The notes under the pieces were generated by a model, which worked only from the letters and a program-made list of their open reading frames with translations, had not been told where the DNA came from and did not search any database. From Macrostomum lignano (lineage: Eukaryota), in NCBI GenBank assembly GCA_002269645.1, contig NIVC01002093.1, forward strand, positions 141,485-205,484: a stretch of DNA of 64,000 nucleotides, in the 5' to 3' direction. Shown here piece after piece: positions 49,420-64,000 of this stretch (positions are counted from its first letter, which is position 1; each line of letters starts with the position of its first letter). The translations under genes were made by a program, and so were the position numbers.

Positions 49420-50608
49420 CTAACCTCTATTCATGTCACTCATACGAATGATGAATTGGTCGAACTTGCTGATTGAAAGCATTGTCGGCTTGAATGGAAA
49501 TGTGGTCAACTTTCTCAGCGACTTGAGTATGGGTGGACGTGACGAGGCGAATGACGAAGAGTTGATGGAGTTCATCCGATTCATTGAATGCGGTAACGAT
49601 GATGCTCTTGCACCACTGCCAAGCGAAGAAGAGGCTTGCCCCGAGGATCCCATGCGGAACAAACCATGCAATTCGGCCGATGTGAGTGTAACGTCTAAAG
49701 ACATGAATGAACTGTCGATTTTAGCTTTACTCATCGAGTATTGCGGAACAATGGGTCCATGATTCATTATGCCCACGTTGCCGTTTTCGTATATGTATAC
49801 AATCTGTTTATTCAGCTTTGTTGTATGGAATAAAAATATCCTCGCAAACGCATTGATACAGGAATATACAGATTTCTCATCTGCAAATGAATATCCAAAT
49901 ATAACCCGTTGGGAATATCCAAAGATGGGGGGCGGCTTGACCATAGACTATTCGCAGATAAGCAATCTGTTGTATTCCTGTTTCGATGACTGAAAGGCGC
50001 GCAAAAATTTACTTATTTCACAAATTCCGTCGACACAATCGTTTGTGGCCCAAACGAAACTAGGCACAATAGGCCAGAGCTTTCTGAATTGTTGGAGTAA
50101 AGTAAATTGCGGGTCCAAAAGACCCATTTGAACCAGCGAGAAAGCCATTTGAGAATATTCAATGGATATTGGCGGCACGCGTTTCATGAAAGAGCAGCCT
50201 AGGAAAGTATGGTGAATCGTGACGATTTTGCCAATGAAGTTCGAATCGCTCCTCAAGAGTCGGGTTTTTCACCTTCTTTATGTCCACAAGTTTCAGTGGG
50301 CACGAAGAAAGTTAGTTTTTAACTTCCCAGAAGTGAGGATCGTCCTCAGACATGCGCGAGAGTTTGTACGCTTGGCCACACGGAGGCTGTGCGTTCCTAT
50401 TTCCGCTTTTCGCCAAAGGTTCACCATGGCTTTGCAAGTTTTCATAACGCTTGCGAAAAGCGTCGGCCGTCACGCTTGCCCAGTGGCTTCCTAGCTGGTT
50501 AATAAAGCGCTCTCGGACTCCACTCCAATTCACGACGGGTTTAGTGCATAGCGCCACCAATCGAAACAAGAGATCATCGAGCTCACTGGTCCACTTGGTG
50601 TAGTCCAT
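49420..50608 (-). pseudogene. Myb/SANT-like domain fused to a PARP-like ADP-ribosyltransferase domain, disrupted and intronless
   Basis: MDYTKWTSELDDLLFRLV...VNWSGVRERF...FRKRYENL (Myb-like). Same frame across a stop: VDIKKVKNPTLEERF...RLLFHET (50180-50191)...IFSNGF..GSNGSFGPAIYFTPTIQKALAYC. After a frameshift: RLLICE*SM.KP...GY...DEKSVY (49864-49881). Confidence 0.78.
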
Positions 50609-50934
50609 TTTATACGATTACTTGTTTTGTTGCTGCAATATAATTATGGCATTTCACAGTCAGTTTAACCTTAAGAAGTCGGGAAGGTCATTTCGACCAC
50701 TTACAACTCCCCAGCGCAGTCGGTTCAAAATATCTATGACCAGCGCACAAATTCTATACCCACCGTTCCAGTCGGCTATGGATCGAACTCGACCAAAAAT
50801 AGAAGTAAAGCACACAAACTTTGCAAAGATGGTTCGTATTACCAGTAAAAACAATAACAAACCAGCAAACATAGCGGGAAAGTTTCATTCAAATTTCGAA
50901 AGCATTCAAAGCTTTCTAGCACCTTAGAAGATGA

Positions 50935-51555
50935 CTAGCCATTTAGCCCCCCTCCGGGTGGCTTTTTAGCAGTTTAGCGCTTGTCTTTCCCTTTCTCAAT
51001 TAGCAAATAGTGCTTATCCTTTCAAGAAAAAAATCTTAGTGCGTATTGTCATTGGTCTAGTTATATTCTGGTCTGCAGGAGCTCAATACGCCAATCCCTG
51101 ACGGCCTTAGACCCCTCTTTATTAGAATCAAACCTTTAATAAATACGCTGGTATTTCCTTTTAGCAGAAATTAGCATCACTTACGTATACTTTTTCATTA
51201 TCTGAATTAAATGAGCTACTTAAGTCGTACTACTTGACTATCTGACAATCGCCCAGAAATCTACCCCCTCCCTCAACAATTCAGCCATCCCCCATGAGCC
51301 TTGACATCTCAGCAATTTCCCCAGTAAGCCTTGACATCTCAGCAATTCCCCCAGTAAGCTTTGACATTGCAGCAATTATGCTTGAGCATCAACTTTAAAG
51401 GGACATCGTTGTAAATATCAACGATCAAATTAGTCATGCATACTCCCGTAAACATTTCCAATAGAATAAAGCAAGTTTGAAAAAAATCGGTTCAGGCATT
51501 CAGGCTTCAGACTGAAATACCGGTCGGATTTAAGAGATTTAGTATATTGTAATGA
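50935..51555 (-). mobile_element. Complete 621-bp non-autonomous Helitron
   Basis: Minus-strand 5' TCATTACAATATACTAAATCTC; 3' GCCACCCGGAGGGGGGCTAAATGGCTAG|T. Confidence 0.82.
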
Positions 51556-52850
51556 CTAGCATAATTCGACCCGTTGAATTTTAGAGTTTACACCCGAAGT
51601 TAGTACTCTTACAGTTATTTAAAGTACTCATAATTCTCTAGTATAACTTAGCCGTGCATTAATTCATTACTGTTTTTTAAATACCTTACCATATCTCGAT
51701 TTCTAAGTTTTAATGCAGTATCAAAGCATTCTACATCGAAATAACTTGCTTTTATTTGGGATAGTGGTACATATTGTGTAATTTTGGGACGTAATATAAA
51801 GCAGGATTAATGTATTATTATATATGAGGGTGTTGTCTTCACTGACTACAATATAATGGCGTTGTCCTGACCCTACGTTAAATCTGTATCTTTATATACA
51901 AAGTGCAAATGTACACCCTTATTTGTAGGCATAATAAATTAATAATAGGAAGACTTTTAATGCGAGTAATTTAAGTTTCTTAATGTCGGCATAACATTTT
52001 ACCGTTTCAACGCCACACTACTATAAGTGCATTAGCTTGTTGTACTATTGTCATGTTGCGCACCATCGAAAGTATATATTATTCCTCTGTAATGGTGTGT
52101 TTCATACCAGATTTCATTTCAGTTTAGCATAGCGCGCGACTGTTTCTTTTTCAGATCCAAAGTTGCTCTTGCTGCCATAGCAACCGAGATGAATTTATTA
52201 TAACTAACGCACGCTATTACGTCACTAATGTACCGTCTGGTACCAATGTACCCATTGGTTTTAGCATGCTGAATTTAAACACAATTCTGGAAAGAAACAT
52301 TCCGCCTACATGTGCTTCTCATTCTTTCCTATACTTTTTAAACTGCACTTTTCATTGTCTTTTCTGTTGATCTAAAATGTTTGATTGATATTTATGGACA
52401 ATACACAGTCCAATGAGAAAAGGGTTTTCCAAATGTTGAATAAGTCTAACGGGATGAGAGCCTTGACAAAGTAAACGGTATTTAAGAAACGTTTTATATA
52501 AAATTATATTTATTTCACCATATATCACCACGATACTGCGCTACGGCTTGACAGTAGTTAAGACTAATCGCTTTGCCATAATCTTGAACAGAAGCGCCAC
52601 GAATCGCTAGAGTTTCGCCTTCCGTCCAATTCTTCACTTTTGTCGAAGAGCTGGCCCAGAAAACACAGGGCACCGAAGATCCAGAATGATCTACAATCCT
52701 GACTTTAGCCAAGTCAATGTGCTTTCCAGCACTTGTTACGACTTCCTGTGGCTCATCGATTGCACAAATCTTGCCACGAACGTCAACCTTCCTCTATGTG
52801 AACGGTGAAAGAATGAGAATTAGTAGAAATAAAAAACTGAAAAATGCAAG
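51556..52850 (-). mobile_element. 3' end of an RPA-carrying Helitron
   Basis: RPA-like last exon, AT-rich 3' region, hairpin AATTCAACGGGTCGAATT, then ATGCTAG|T (CTAG at 51556-51559). Confidence 0.7.
52515..52793 (-). CDS. RPA1/RPA70-like OB-fold, terminal exon (upstream exons missing)
   Basis: After a CATAG acceptor: RKVDVRGKICAIDEPQEVVTSAGKHIDLAKVRIVDHSGSSVPCVFW...LAIRGASVQDYGKAISL, matching the VDV.G...D.SG..V...W...AIKG..V.DF pattern of the RPA1 OB-B fold. Confidence 0.75.
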   Translation of the reverse strand, partial: RKVDVRGKICAIDEPQEVVTSAGKHIDLAKVRIVDHSGSSVPCVFWASSSTKVKNWTEGETLAIRGASVQDYGKAISLNYCQAVAQYRGDIW

Positions 52851-52854
52851 GTTA

Positions 52855-55622
<2,768 letters not shown>

Positions 55623-55955
55623 ATAGAAATTTTAAAGGATCCAAGGGACATAGGGAGAGTCAGGGAGAGGCCAGAGTTTGCCAATACATGTTTTAGAGTC
55701 AGACAGACATTGCCTGACATTCTGTGAGGTACCCCAGTCCAGTCAACAATATCAATGTTTGCCTCAAATCCTAATTTTACACGAATGTGTCCATTTATGT
55801 CTACCTCTATCCTACTAACTATTAACAAGTTTTTGTTTGTGTATGACCTTAGATTTCAGAATATACATGCAAAAGTAGTTCCGAGATTGGAATTCCCCGG
55901 GTTCAAAATCCGCGGGTTTCAACAGCTTGTCTCCCTAATACTAAAACTGCTGCGA

Positions 55956-55986
<31 letters not shown>

Positions 55987-56890
55987 ATGTAGCAAGTGAA
56001 CTCCTACAATTCTGCCAAGTCAGCGTTGAAACTTATATGGGAAAACTGCAAATTTTCCGGAGCAGGCTTTAGGCTATTTTAATTTTTAATTTTCCAATTT
56101 TAACATCCCTAAAAAAGCAGAAAACTGCTTTTTAAACCCCCAATAACCTTCTTTGGCCACTCTGCCTGGGGCTGCAGCCAGTTTGTAAAAATAGCCACCC
56201 CAACCTCCGCCCGCGGGCCGCTGTGTATTGAGGGGTGGTGGGTGCGCGTGTTCTGCGTTCAATGCAAATAAAACTCCCCGCGTGTTGGGGGGTTGAGTTA
56301 AATTTAATGCTTCCCCCAGAACGGGGGTTGGGCTTGGGCTGAGTGTACATAGCAGTTGTACAGTGTAAACAGATAGACTGTGTCGAGATTCATTTGGTTT
56401 TATTATTGGCGCCTTTTTTCTATAGGCAGCCCTGTGTATTAGTTTGGCAGTGAAATTCAATGAATTGCGAGCTTCTCTAGCAAGCAGTCGGGAAATCGGT
56501 AAATTTCAAACGCTAACTGTTCCTTGAGTTTTAAACTTTGAGAGGAGAGACTTATATTGCTGGAAAGATCTTGCAACGCTGAGTTTAGGGATATAAGTTG
56601 TTTGCTTTAAATATGAAAAGAAAAAGCACCGCATTTAAAAAACTATTTCCATACTTTTAACTTTCTGCAAAAATTGTACTCAGTTTTGCGTGACGTAATA
56701 GATAAAGTTGGGGGAGGGTTCAACTTCTCACTGCTGCTGTGTATTGGAGGGTTGATTTAGATTGCGCAATGTTTTTGTTAACTTTGACTGAGACTGATAC
56801 TGACTGACTGTGAAATCGGTTGCGCAATGAATTGATTCAATTAGTTCAATATTTTTATCAGTGCCTTTTAACACGAAGCTGTGCGTAGTT

Positions 56891-56938
56891 CTAACCCTAA
56901 CCCTAACCCTAACCCTAACCCTAACCCTAACCCTAACC
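56891..56938 (+). repeat. Interstitial telomeric repeat (CTAACC), 8 copies; paralogous tract of about 4 copies at 59028-59052
   Basis: Direct reading. Confidence 0.95.
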
Positions 56939-59149
56939 AATGAATCCGGAGAGTTGAGTTGTTTGACGGAAAAAATTCGATTGAGTCCAGTTTAGCGGAG
57001 ACGATTTCAATGTTTTAATTTTGACGGAGGAGATAATTAATGATTGATTTCTGTTTTATGGAGACGATTTTGATGGATTTAAGTTTCAAGGAGAGGATTT
57101 CGAAGGAGATCCAGTTTCACGGAGAGGATTTCGATGGTTTTCAGTTGCACGGACAGGATTTCTGCTTCGCGGAGAAAATCTTGATAGATTTGGCATCTTC
57201 AATCAGTCAGAGAAGAGAGTAAAGAGAAGAATGAAAAGAGAAGAGAGATGAGATGATAGAAAACAGAGTAGAAATGAGTGGAGAAATTAGACATGACAGA
57301 TGGGAGAGAAGAGGGGAGTAAGGCGGGAACGAAGGAGAGAGAAGAGAAGAGGAGAGAGGAGATGAAGGGAGAGGATATGAGAGAGGAGATATGAGATAGC
57401 AGAGAGGAGACAGGAGAGAGAAGAAAGGAGGGATAAGAGCGTACAGAGGCAATAGAAGAGAGGAAAGAGAGGAGAGAGGTGAGAGGTGAGAGGAGAGAGA
57501 TGAAAGATCAGAGATCAGAGATTTAAGAGAAGAAAGTAGTGAGGAGAAAGAAGAGGGTAAAGATGAGAGTGCAGAGAGGAGAGAAACGAGAGGAGACAGG
57601 TAGTAGAAAGGAGTGTAAAAAACAGGAGATAAGAAAGGAGAGGGTGAGTGTGAGAGCATATAGGAAAGTGTAAAAGGGAGCAGAGGAGAGAGAATAGATA
57701 AGTGAGTAGAGAAGAGATATGAGGGAGGAGAGATAAATAAGGGAGTAGAGATGAGAAAAGAGAGAGAAGAGATAAGCGAGAAGAGTAGGAATAGAGGAGA
57801 GAGAGAGAGAGAAGCGAGAGAAGGGAGAGAGGAGGGAGAAGAGAAATGAAAGATCAGAGATGAGAGAGATGAAAGAGTGGAGAGGAGTAATTAGTGAGGA
57901 GAAAGAAGAGAGTAAAAATAAAAATCAGAGCGCAGGGCGCAAGAGATGAGAAATGGAAGTTGATAGATTGTAGAGGATTTGGAGATGATTTGGAAGATGA
58001 GATTCAAGTCATGGAATTTCAGCTGATGGGAGTTCTTCCCCTTCAGAATTCCGGTGATGGGAGTTCTTCCCCTTTCTCCAGAGGAGGAGTTCCACTCTCT
58101 TCTATATACTAAAGCTGACGTCGTGGTCCGGTGGTAGGGTGGGCCGGTGGGCCGGGTTTGTCGACGATCTCCTCCCAGGATTCTTGCAACTCAACTTTCA
58201 AACCGGTACCAAAACGTGTCAAATGTCCCGACGATGCTACAATTTAAAATTCATTTTCAAATTTCAATTTTAAGTGCTTCAAAAAAGCAGAAAACTGCTT
58301 TTTTTAACCCCCAATAACCTTCTTTGGCTAATCTGCCTGGGGCTTCAGCCAGTTTGTAAAAATAGCCACCCCAACCTCCGCCCGCGGGCCGCTGTGTATT
58401 GAGGGGTGGTGGGTGCGCGTGTTCTGGGTTCAATGCAAATAAAACCCCGCCGCGTGTTTGGGGGTTGAGTTAAATTTAATGCTTCCCCCAGAACGGGGGT
58501 TGGGCTTGGGCTGAGTGTACATAGCAGTTGTACAGTGTAAATAGATAGACTGTGTCGAGATTCATTTGGTTTTATTATTGGCGCCTTTTTTTCTCCATAG
58601 GCAGCCCTGTGTATTAGTTTGGCAGTGAAATTCAATGAATTGCGAGCTTCTCTAGCAAGCAGTCGGGAAATCGGTAAATTTCAAACGCTAACTGTTCCTC
58701 GAGTTTTAAACTTTGAGAGGAGAGACTTATATTGCTGGAAAGATCTTGCAACGCTGAGTTCGAGGATATAAGTTGTTTGCTTTAAATATGAAAATAAAAA
58801 GCACAGCATTTGAAAAACTATTTCCATACTTTTAACTTGCTGCAAAGATTGTACTCAGTTTTGCGAGACGTAATAGATAAAGTTGGGGGAGGGTTCAACT
58901 TCTCACTGCTGCTGTGTATTGGAGGGTTGATTTAGATTGACTGACTGACTGTGCAGTTGCGCAATGAATTGATTCAATTAGTTCAATATTTTTATCAGTG
59001 TCTTTTAACACGAAGCTGTGCGTAGTTCTAACCCTAACCCTAACCCTAACCAATGAATCCGGAGAGTTGAGTTGTTTGACGGAAAAAATTCGATTGAGTC
59101 CAGTTTAGCGGAGACGATTTCAATGTTTTAATTTTGACGAAGAGGATTT

Positions 59150-59310
59150 CTGTTACGTGGAGAGGATTTCGATGGTGTTCAGTTTCGTGGAGAGGATTTC
59201 GATGGTGTTAAGTTTCGTGGAGAGGGTTTCGATGGTGTTCAGTTTTGTGGAAAGGATTTCGATGATGTTCAGTTTCACGGAGAGGATTTCGATGATGTTC
59301 AGCTTCACGG
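59150..59310 (+). repeat. 30-bp minisatellite (GAGAGGATTTCGATGGTGTTCAGTTTCGTG)
   Basis: Direct reading; expanded only in the second tandem unit. Confidence 0.9.
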
Positions 59311-61754
59311 AGAGGATTTCTGGTTCGCGGAGATAATTTATGATTGATTTCTGTTTTATGGAGACCATTTTGATGGATTTAAGTTTCAAGAAGAGGATTT
59401 CGAAGGAGTCCAGTTTCACGGAGAGGATTTCGATGGTTTTCAGTTGCACGGACAGGATTTTTCTGTTTCGCGGAGAGGATCTTGATGGATTTGGCATCTT
59501 AATCAGTCAGAGAAGAGAGTAAAGAGAAGAATGAAAAGAGAAGAGAGATGAGATGATAGAAAACAGAGTAGAAATGAGTGGAGAAATTAGACATGACAGA
59601 TGGGAGAGAAGAGGGGAGTAAGGCGGGAACGAAGGAGAGAGAAGAGAAGAGAAGAGAGGAGATGAAGGGAGAGGATATGAGAGAGGAGATATGAGATAGC
59701 AGAGAGGAGACAGGAGAGAGAAGAAAGGAGGGATAAGAGCGTACAGAGGCAATAGAAGAGAGGAAAGAGAGGAGAGAGGTGAGAGGTGAGAGGAGAGAGA
59801 TGAAAGATCAGAGATCAGAGTTTTAAGAGAAGAAAGTAGTGAGGAGAAAGAAGAGGGTAAAGATGAGAGTGCAGAGAGGAGAGAAACGAGAGGAGACAGG
59901 TGGTAGAAAGGAGTGTAAAAACAGCAGATAAGAAAGGGGAGGGTGAGAGTGAGAGCATATAGGAAAGTGTAAAAGGGGAGCAGAGGAGAGAGAATAGATA
60001 AGTGAGTAGAGAAGAGATATGAGAGAGGAAAGACGAGGGGAGAGAGGAGACAGGAGAGAGTAAATTTGAAAGACCTGGGAGAAGAGATAAATAAGATAGT
60101 ACAGATGAGAGGAGAGATGAGAGATGCAATGAGAAAAGAGATGAGTGAGAAAATAAGAGAGAGAAGAGATTAGAGATTAGAGAAGAGATGAGGGGAGATG
60201 AGAGGAGAGAAGAGAGTATGGAGAGGAGAGAAAAGAGAGGAGAGGAGACAGGTGATGCAGTAGAAAGGGAAGAAAGATGGTAGATAAGAAAGGAGAGGGT
60301 GAGAGCGTATAAGAGATACGAGAAATGAGAGCAGAGAGAAGAGAGAAAGTAGAGCGGAGACAATAGATAAGTAAGTAGAGATGAGATATGAGAGAGGAGA
60401 GAAAAGGGGAGAGATAATAGAGAAGATAGGAGAGTAGACAGGAGAGGGTACAGACGAAAGACGAGGGAGAAGAGATAAATAAGGGAGTAGAGATAAAAAG
60501 AGAGTAGGGGTAGAGATGAGATGAGAGAGAGGAGAGAGAAGCGAGTCACGATAATAGCGAAGAGAGGAGAGAGTAGATATGAGAGACGTAAGAGTCTTTG
60601 AGCTATGGTCTTTGAAAGGTTTGTAAAGAATTTGGAGACGATTTGGAAGATGGGGTTCAAGACATGGAATTTCAGTTGATGGATAATTCAGGGAATGGAA
60701 TTCCGGTGATGGGAGTTCTTCCCCTTTCTCCTCCGAAGGAGGAGTTCCACTTATATACTAAAGCTGACGTCGTGGTCCGGTGGGCCGGGTTTGTCGACGA
60801 TCTCCTCCTAGGATTCTTGCAACTCAACTTTCAAACCGGTACCAAAACATGTCAAATGTCCCGACGATGCTACAATTTAAAATTCATTTTCAAATTTCAA
60901 TTTTAAGTGCTTCAAAAAAGCAGAAAACAGCACAAACCAGACAGCCAGATGTCTATATATCGCATTCCATGGACTTCCCACTTGACGCTATTTTGTATGG
61001 TTGCGCCACAACTTTTCTCCTATCTCTGCAGTGTATTTCATTTCAGCTGGGGGAGGGTCGCCGGCACTTGAGAATTGGCGGCCTACTTGCTCAGTGTTAA
61101 AAAGGGGTGGAGGTGCACACTGCGCGAGAATGGATGGCTTGATTTTTTAACTCATCACAGAGTGTACATTGCGCTCTGCAAGTAAGAAACGGGAAAACTT
61201 GCACCTTAATTTCTGCTTTTAATTTTCAAGCTACAGAAAAGTGAATCACACCGTTGGAAAGAGTTTGAAAAACTGAACAGAATGGTATAATTTTCTGTTC
61301 CGAAATCTCAACTGCATCAGAGCAATTTGTCATAGAAAATTTCTTGATTTCAATTGTGAAAACGTTAAGTGGCTGGGGAGGGGTTTCATTAATTTCAATT
61401 CTGACTGTGCAATGCACAAGCCTAGACTCTCCCTGTGCATTTGGGGAGGTGCATGGGCTATAGACTGTACTGTAGATATTTACTGTACGCTTGCAAGTAA
61501 CAAGGCGACATAAATGAATATAAATGAATAAATTCGGCTAAATGCAGTGTACATTTGTGAGAACCGGGCTGCGACAGTGATGGCGCAATGCATATGCATC
61601 AACGGGGGCAGGCGATCGTTTCAGTAGCTCAATTTCGCTGGCCCAAGAGCTAGGGTTAGGGTTACGATATGGAGTTCTGCAGATTCAACATTCCAACCAT
61701 GGGATTCCGGGGATTTCAATTCAGCGGATTTCTCCTCCAACGGAGGAGTTCCAC

Positions 61755-64000
61755 TCTCTACATATAAAAATCAAAACTCTGTCTGTCTGTCTGTCTGTGT
61801 GTGGACAATTTTGATCGCTATGGACTCCCAAACCGCTCAACCAAATGACACCAAACTTTACACCCACCCTAAACTTACTACGGAGAATGTCTAAGGCTAC
61901 CTATTAATTTCCTAGACTCAAGTCTTCCTACCTAAAAGTACAAAAAACTGCTCAAAATGCGCGATTTTTTCACTAAATCCTCCATAGCGCCGCTCCACTT
62001 CGACCGATTCTCTTCAAATTTGACACAGGCAATTTTCAACTATTGTGACACAATCGTGTAAAATTTCAAATCTCAAAGTTAATCCTGAGCGGTGCTGTGC
62101 ACTTTTAAAGTTAGGCTGTTTTTTTCAGCGTAGCAACCACCCCAACCTCCGCCCGCCTGCCTCTCTTTCCCGATCTGGGCCCAGATGTGTAAAAGGGTTT
62201 CAAAATTGACTAACTTTCAGCTGCCATAAGTTTGCTCCACGTAAAGCGATTGACTTCAAACTTGACACAATTCTTCATTGACTCATTCTCTATCTAAATG
62301 TCAAGTTTCAACTCTGTAACTCAACCGAAAAAGAAACTGTAAGCATGTGAAGTTTGTCTGCTTTATCTGTTGTTTGTGCCACTCACTCATTCCCCCAGAG
62401 CCAGACGAAGGGTCAGGCGATAGGGCTCAATGTACATAGCGAATGTACAGTGTTTTGGAATAGCCTTCTCTGTACCCCCGCGAGTGGAGAGGCGTGGAGA
62501 GGAGAGAGTTTAGCCAGAGATTCAACCACTGTCCTCACTCCTGTATAAGACAAGTCTGCAGGAGTTAAACAAGGATGGTAAATCAAGGCGATGTGGGATG
62601 GTTTGTAAAAATAGCAAAAAATTAATGATTACAATGAACTGATTACAATGCAATTTTACTAAATTGCTTACACCATGAAAATTTTAACATTAAGATACGA
62701 ATAAGGTACTTGAAAATTTAAATAACCTCCTAAGAAATGCGTATTTCCTTGGTTGTTAGACTGCTGCAGACTGTGGTGGTGGAGCTAGAGAATGGAGATA
62801 CACAAATTCCTCTCAGGACTGCTAATTGGCCAGAAAGAGCACGAGAAATTATAACAACCATGATAGTACCACATCCCACAAACTGGCTTTCGAAGCAGGG
62901 ATCGGCAGATTTTTATCTCAAAGGCCAGATAAAGAATCAAGCTTATAGCTGCAGGGCAGATGAGAGTGAAAAGGAAAAGGAATAGACTATTAGAAAGGGA
63001 GGAAAGGCGAGAGGGGATAAAAGAATAGATAGAAGATATTAGGAGAGACGAGGGGGTCGAGGGCAGAGCAGAGAATATGGGAGTCGGGAGGAAGAAGCGA
63101 GAGGAGAGAAGAGAGAAGGGAGATGGAATTAGAGGTGAGAAGATGGAGAGAGAAAAGGGGAGAGATGAGACAGAGGATCAATGAGAGAGGAGAGTAGAGA
63201 AGAGTGAGAAGAGATGAGAGATAAGAGAACAGAGAGGCAGATGAGAGAGGATCGAGAGGAGAGATTAGAAAGGATAGAGAAGAGAGGAGATAAGAGGGGG
63301 ATAGAAGGGAGAGAGAGGAGTGAGAAGAGGAGATAAGAGATGAGAGAGGGAAGAGTGAGAAGATGAGATAAGATATAAGATATTAGAGATAAGAGAGAGA
63401 GAGAGTCGAGAAAGAAGAGAGGAGAAAGGAGAGATGATAGAGTAAAGGGAAAAGGAGGAGAGAGGAAAGAGATTAGATTGTGGAGATGAGAGAGATGAAA
63501 AAAAGAAGATTGTGAGAGTAGAGATGAGAGATGAAGGAAGAGAGAGCAGAGTGCAGAGAGACGAGAGAAGAGAATAGAGGGGAGAGAGTATAGAAGAGGG
63601 AAGAAGAGAGAGGAGTAAGGAAAGAGGGGTGTCAGAAAGGGGAAAGAGAAGAGTACACAGTAGAGAGGAGAGTAGAGATGACAGAAGAGAGAGGGGAATG
63701 AGAGAGCGAAGATGAGAGTGAACAGACGATATAAGAAAGGAGAGAGGAGAGTGAGAAGAAGAGAGAAGACAAGAGAGGGAGAGAGTATAGAAGAGAGAAG
63801 TGAAGAGACAAGAAGAAAGAATTGAAAGGATCGAGTCCTCCTGAGTCAAAAAAGGGGAAAGAGAGGAGTACAAGTGGAGAGAGGTGAGAGAACATATGAG
63901 AGTAAAGATGACAGAACAGAGAGGGGAGATAAGAGATCAGAACAGACTAGAGATGGAAGAGTAGAGAGAAAAGAGGAGAGATAAGAAATAAGAGATAAGA
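61755..64000 (+). mobile_element. Second copy of the 52855 Helitron-like family
   Basis: Same 5' terminus and collinear body. Confidence 0.75.

Larger units (their letters stand above)
56095..60895 (+). repeat. Tandem duplication of a 2.2-2.6 kb unit (56095-58262 and 58263-60895; third start at about 60896)
   Basis: Collinear shared blocks: AAAAAAGCAGAAAACTGC, GGGTGCGCGTGTTCTG, telomeric tract, 30-bp repeats, AG tract, GTTCCAC hairpin. Confidence 0.9.

Noticed and set aside
49433-49762. Plus-strand 109-aa acidic ORF
   Set aside because: Antisense to the PARP-like frame, with no recognisable motif; cannot be supported.
62737-62985. 82-aa ATG ORF in the Helitron-like unit
   Set aside because: The paralog at about 53863-54100 has frameshifting indels, so there is no sign of coding constraint.

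Overview
Animal (metazoan) repeat-rich DNA with TTAGGG-type telomeric tracts and GT-AG introns; the species cannot be determined from the window. No intact host gene, rRNA gene, bona fide tRNA gene or CRISPR array was found. Most ORFs in the supplied track are translations of microsatellites or minisatellites. Layout: 1-1 kb, a mariner transposon end; 2-8 kb, a duplicated SAP/gag-like segment joined tail-to-tail to a decayed RTE-like LINE; 11-36.5 kb, head-to-tail trains of non-autonomous Helitrons (CTAG|TC junctions) carrying tRNA-like modules and minisatellite arrays, interrupted by an RT+RNase H LINE at 26-29 kb; 37.8-52.8 kb, a minus-strand gene-rich block; 52.9-64 kb, duplicated AG-rich Helitron-like units. 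The gene-rich block holds an orphan multi-exon gene in tandem copies, the 5' part of a Helitron RepHel gene with two OTU protease modules, an apparently intact Crypton-type tyrosine recombinase inside a predicted intron of that gene, a disrupted Myb/SANT + PARP-like gene that the ORF track splits into pieces, and an RPA-like OB-fold exon at a Helitron 3' end. All family assignments come from manual translation and motif recognition; no database search was run.
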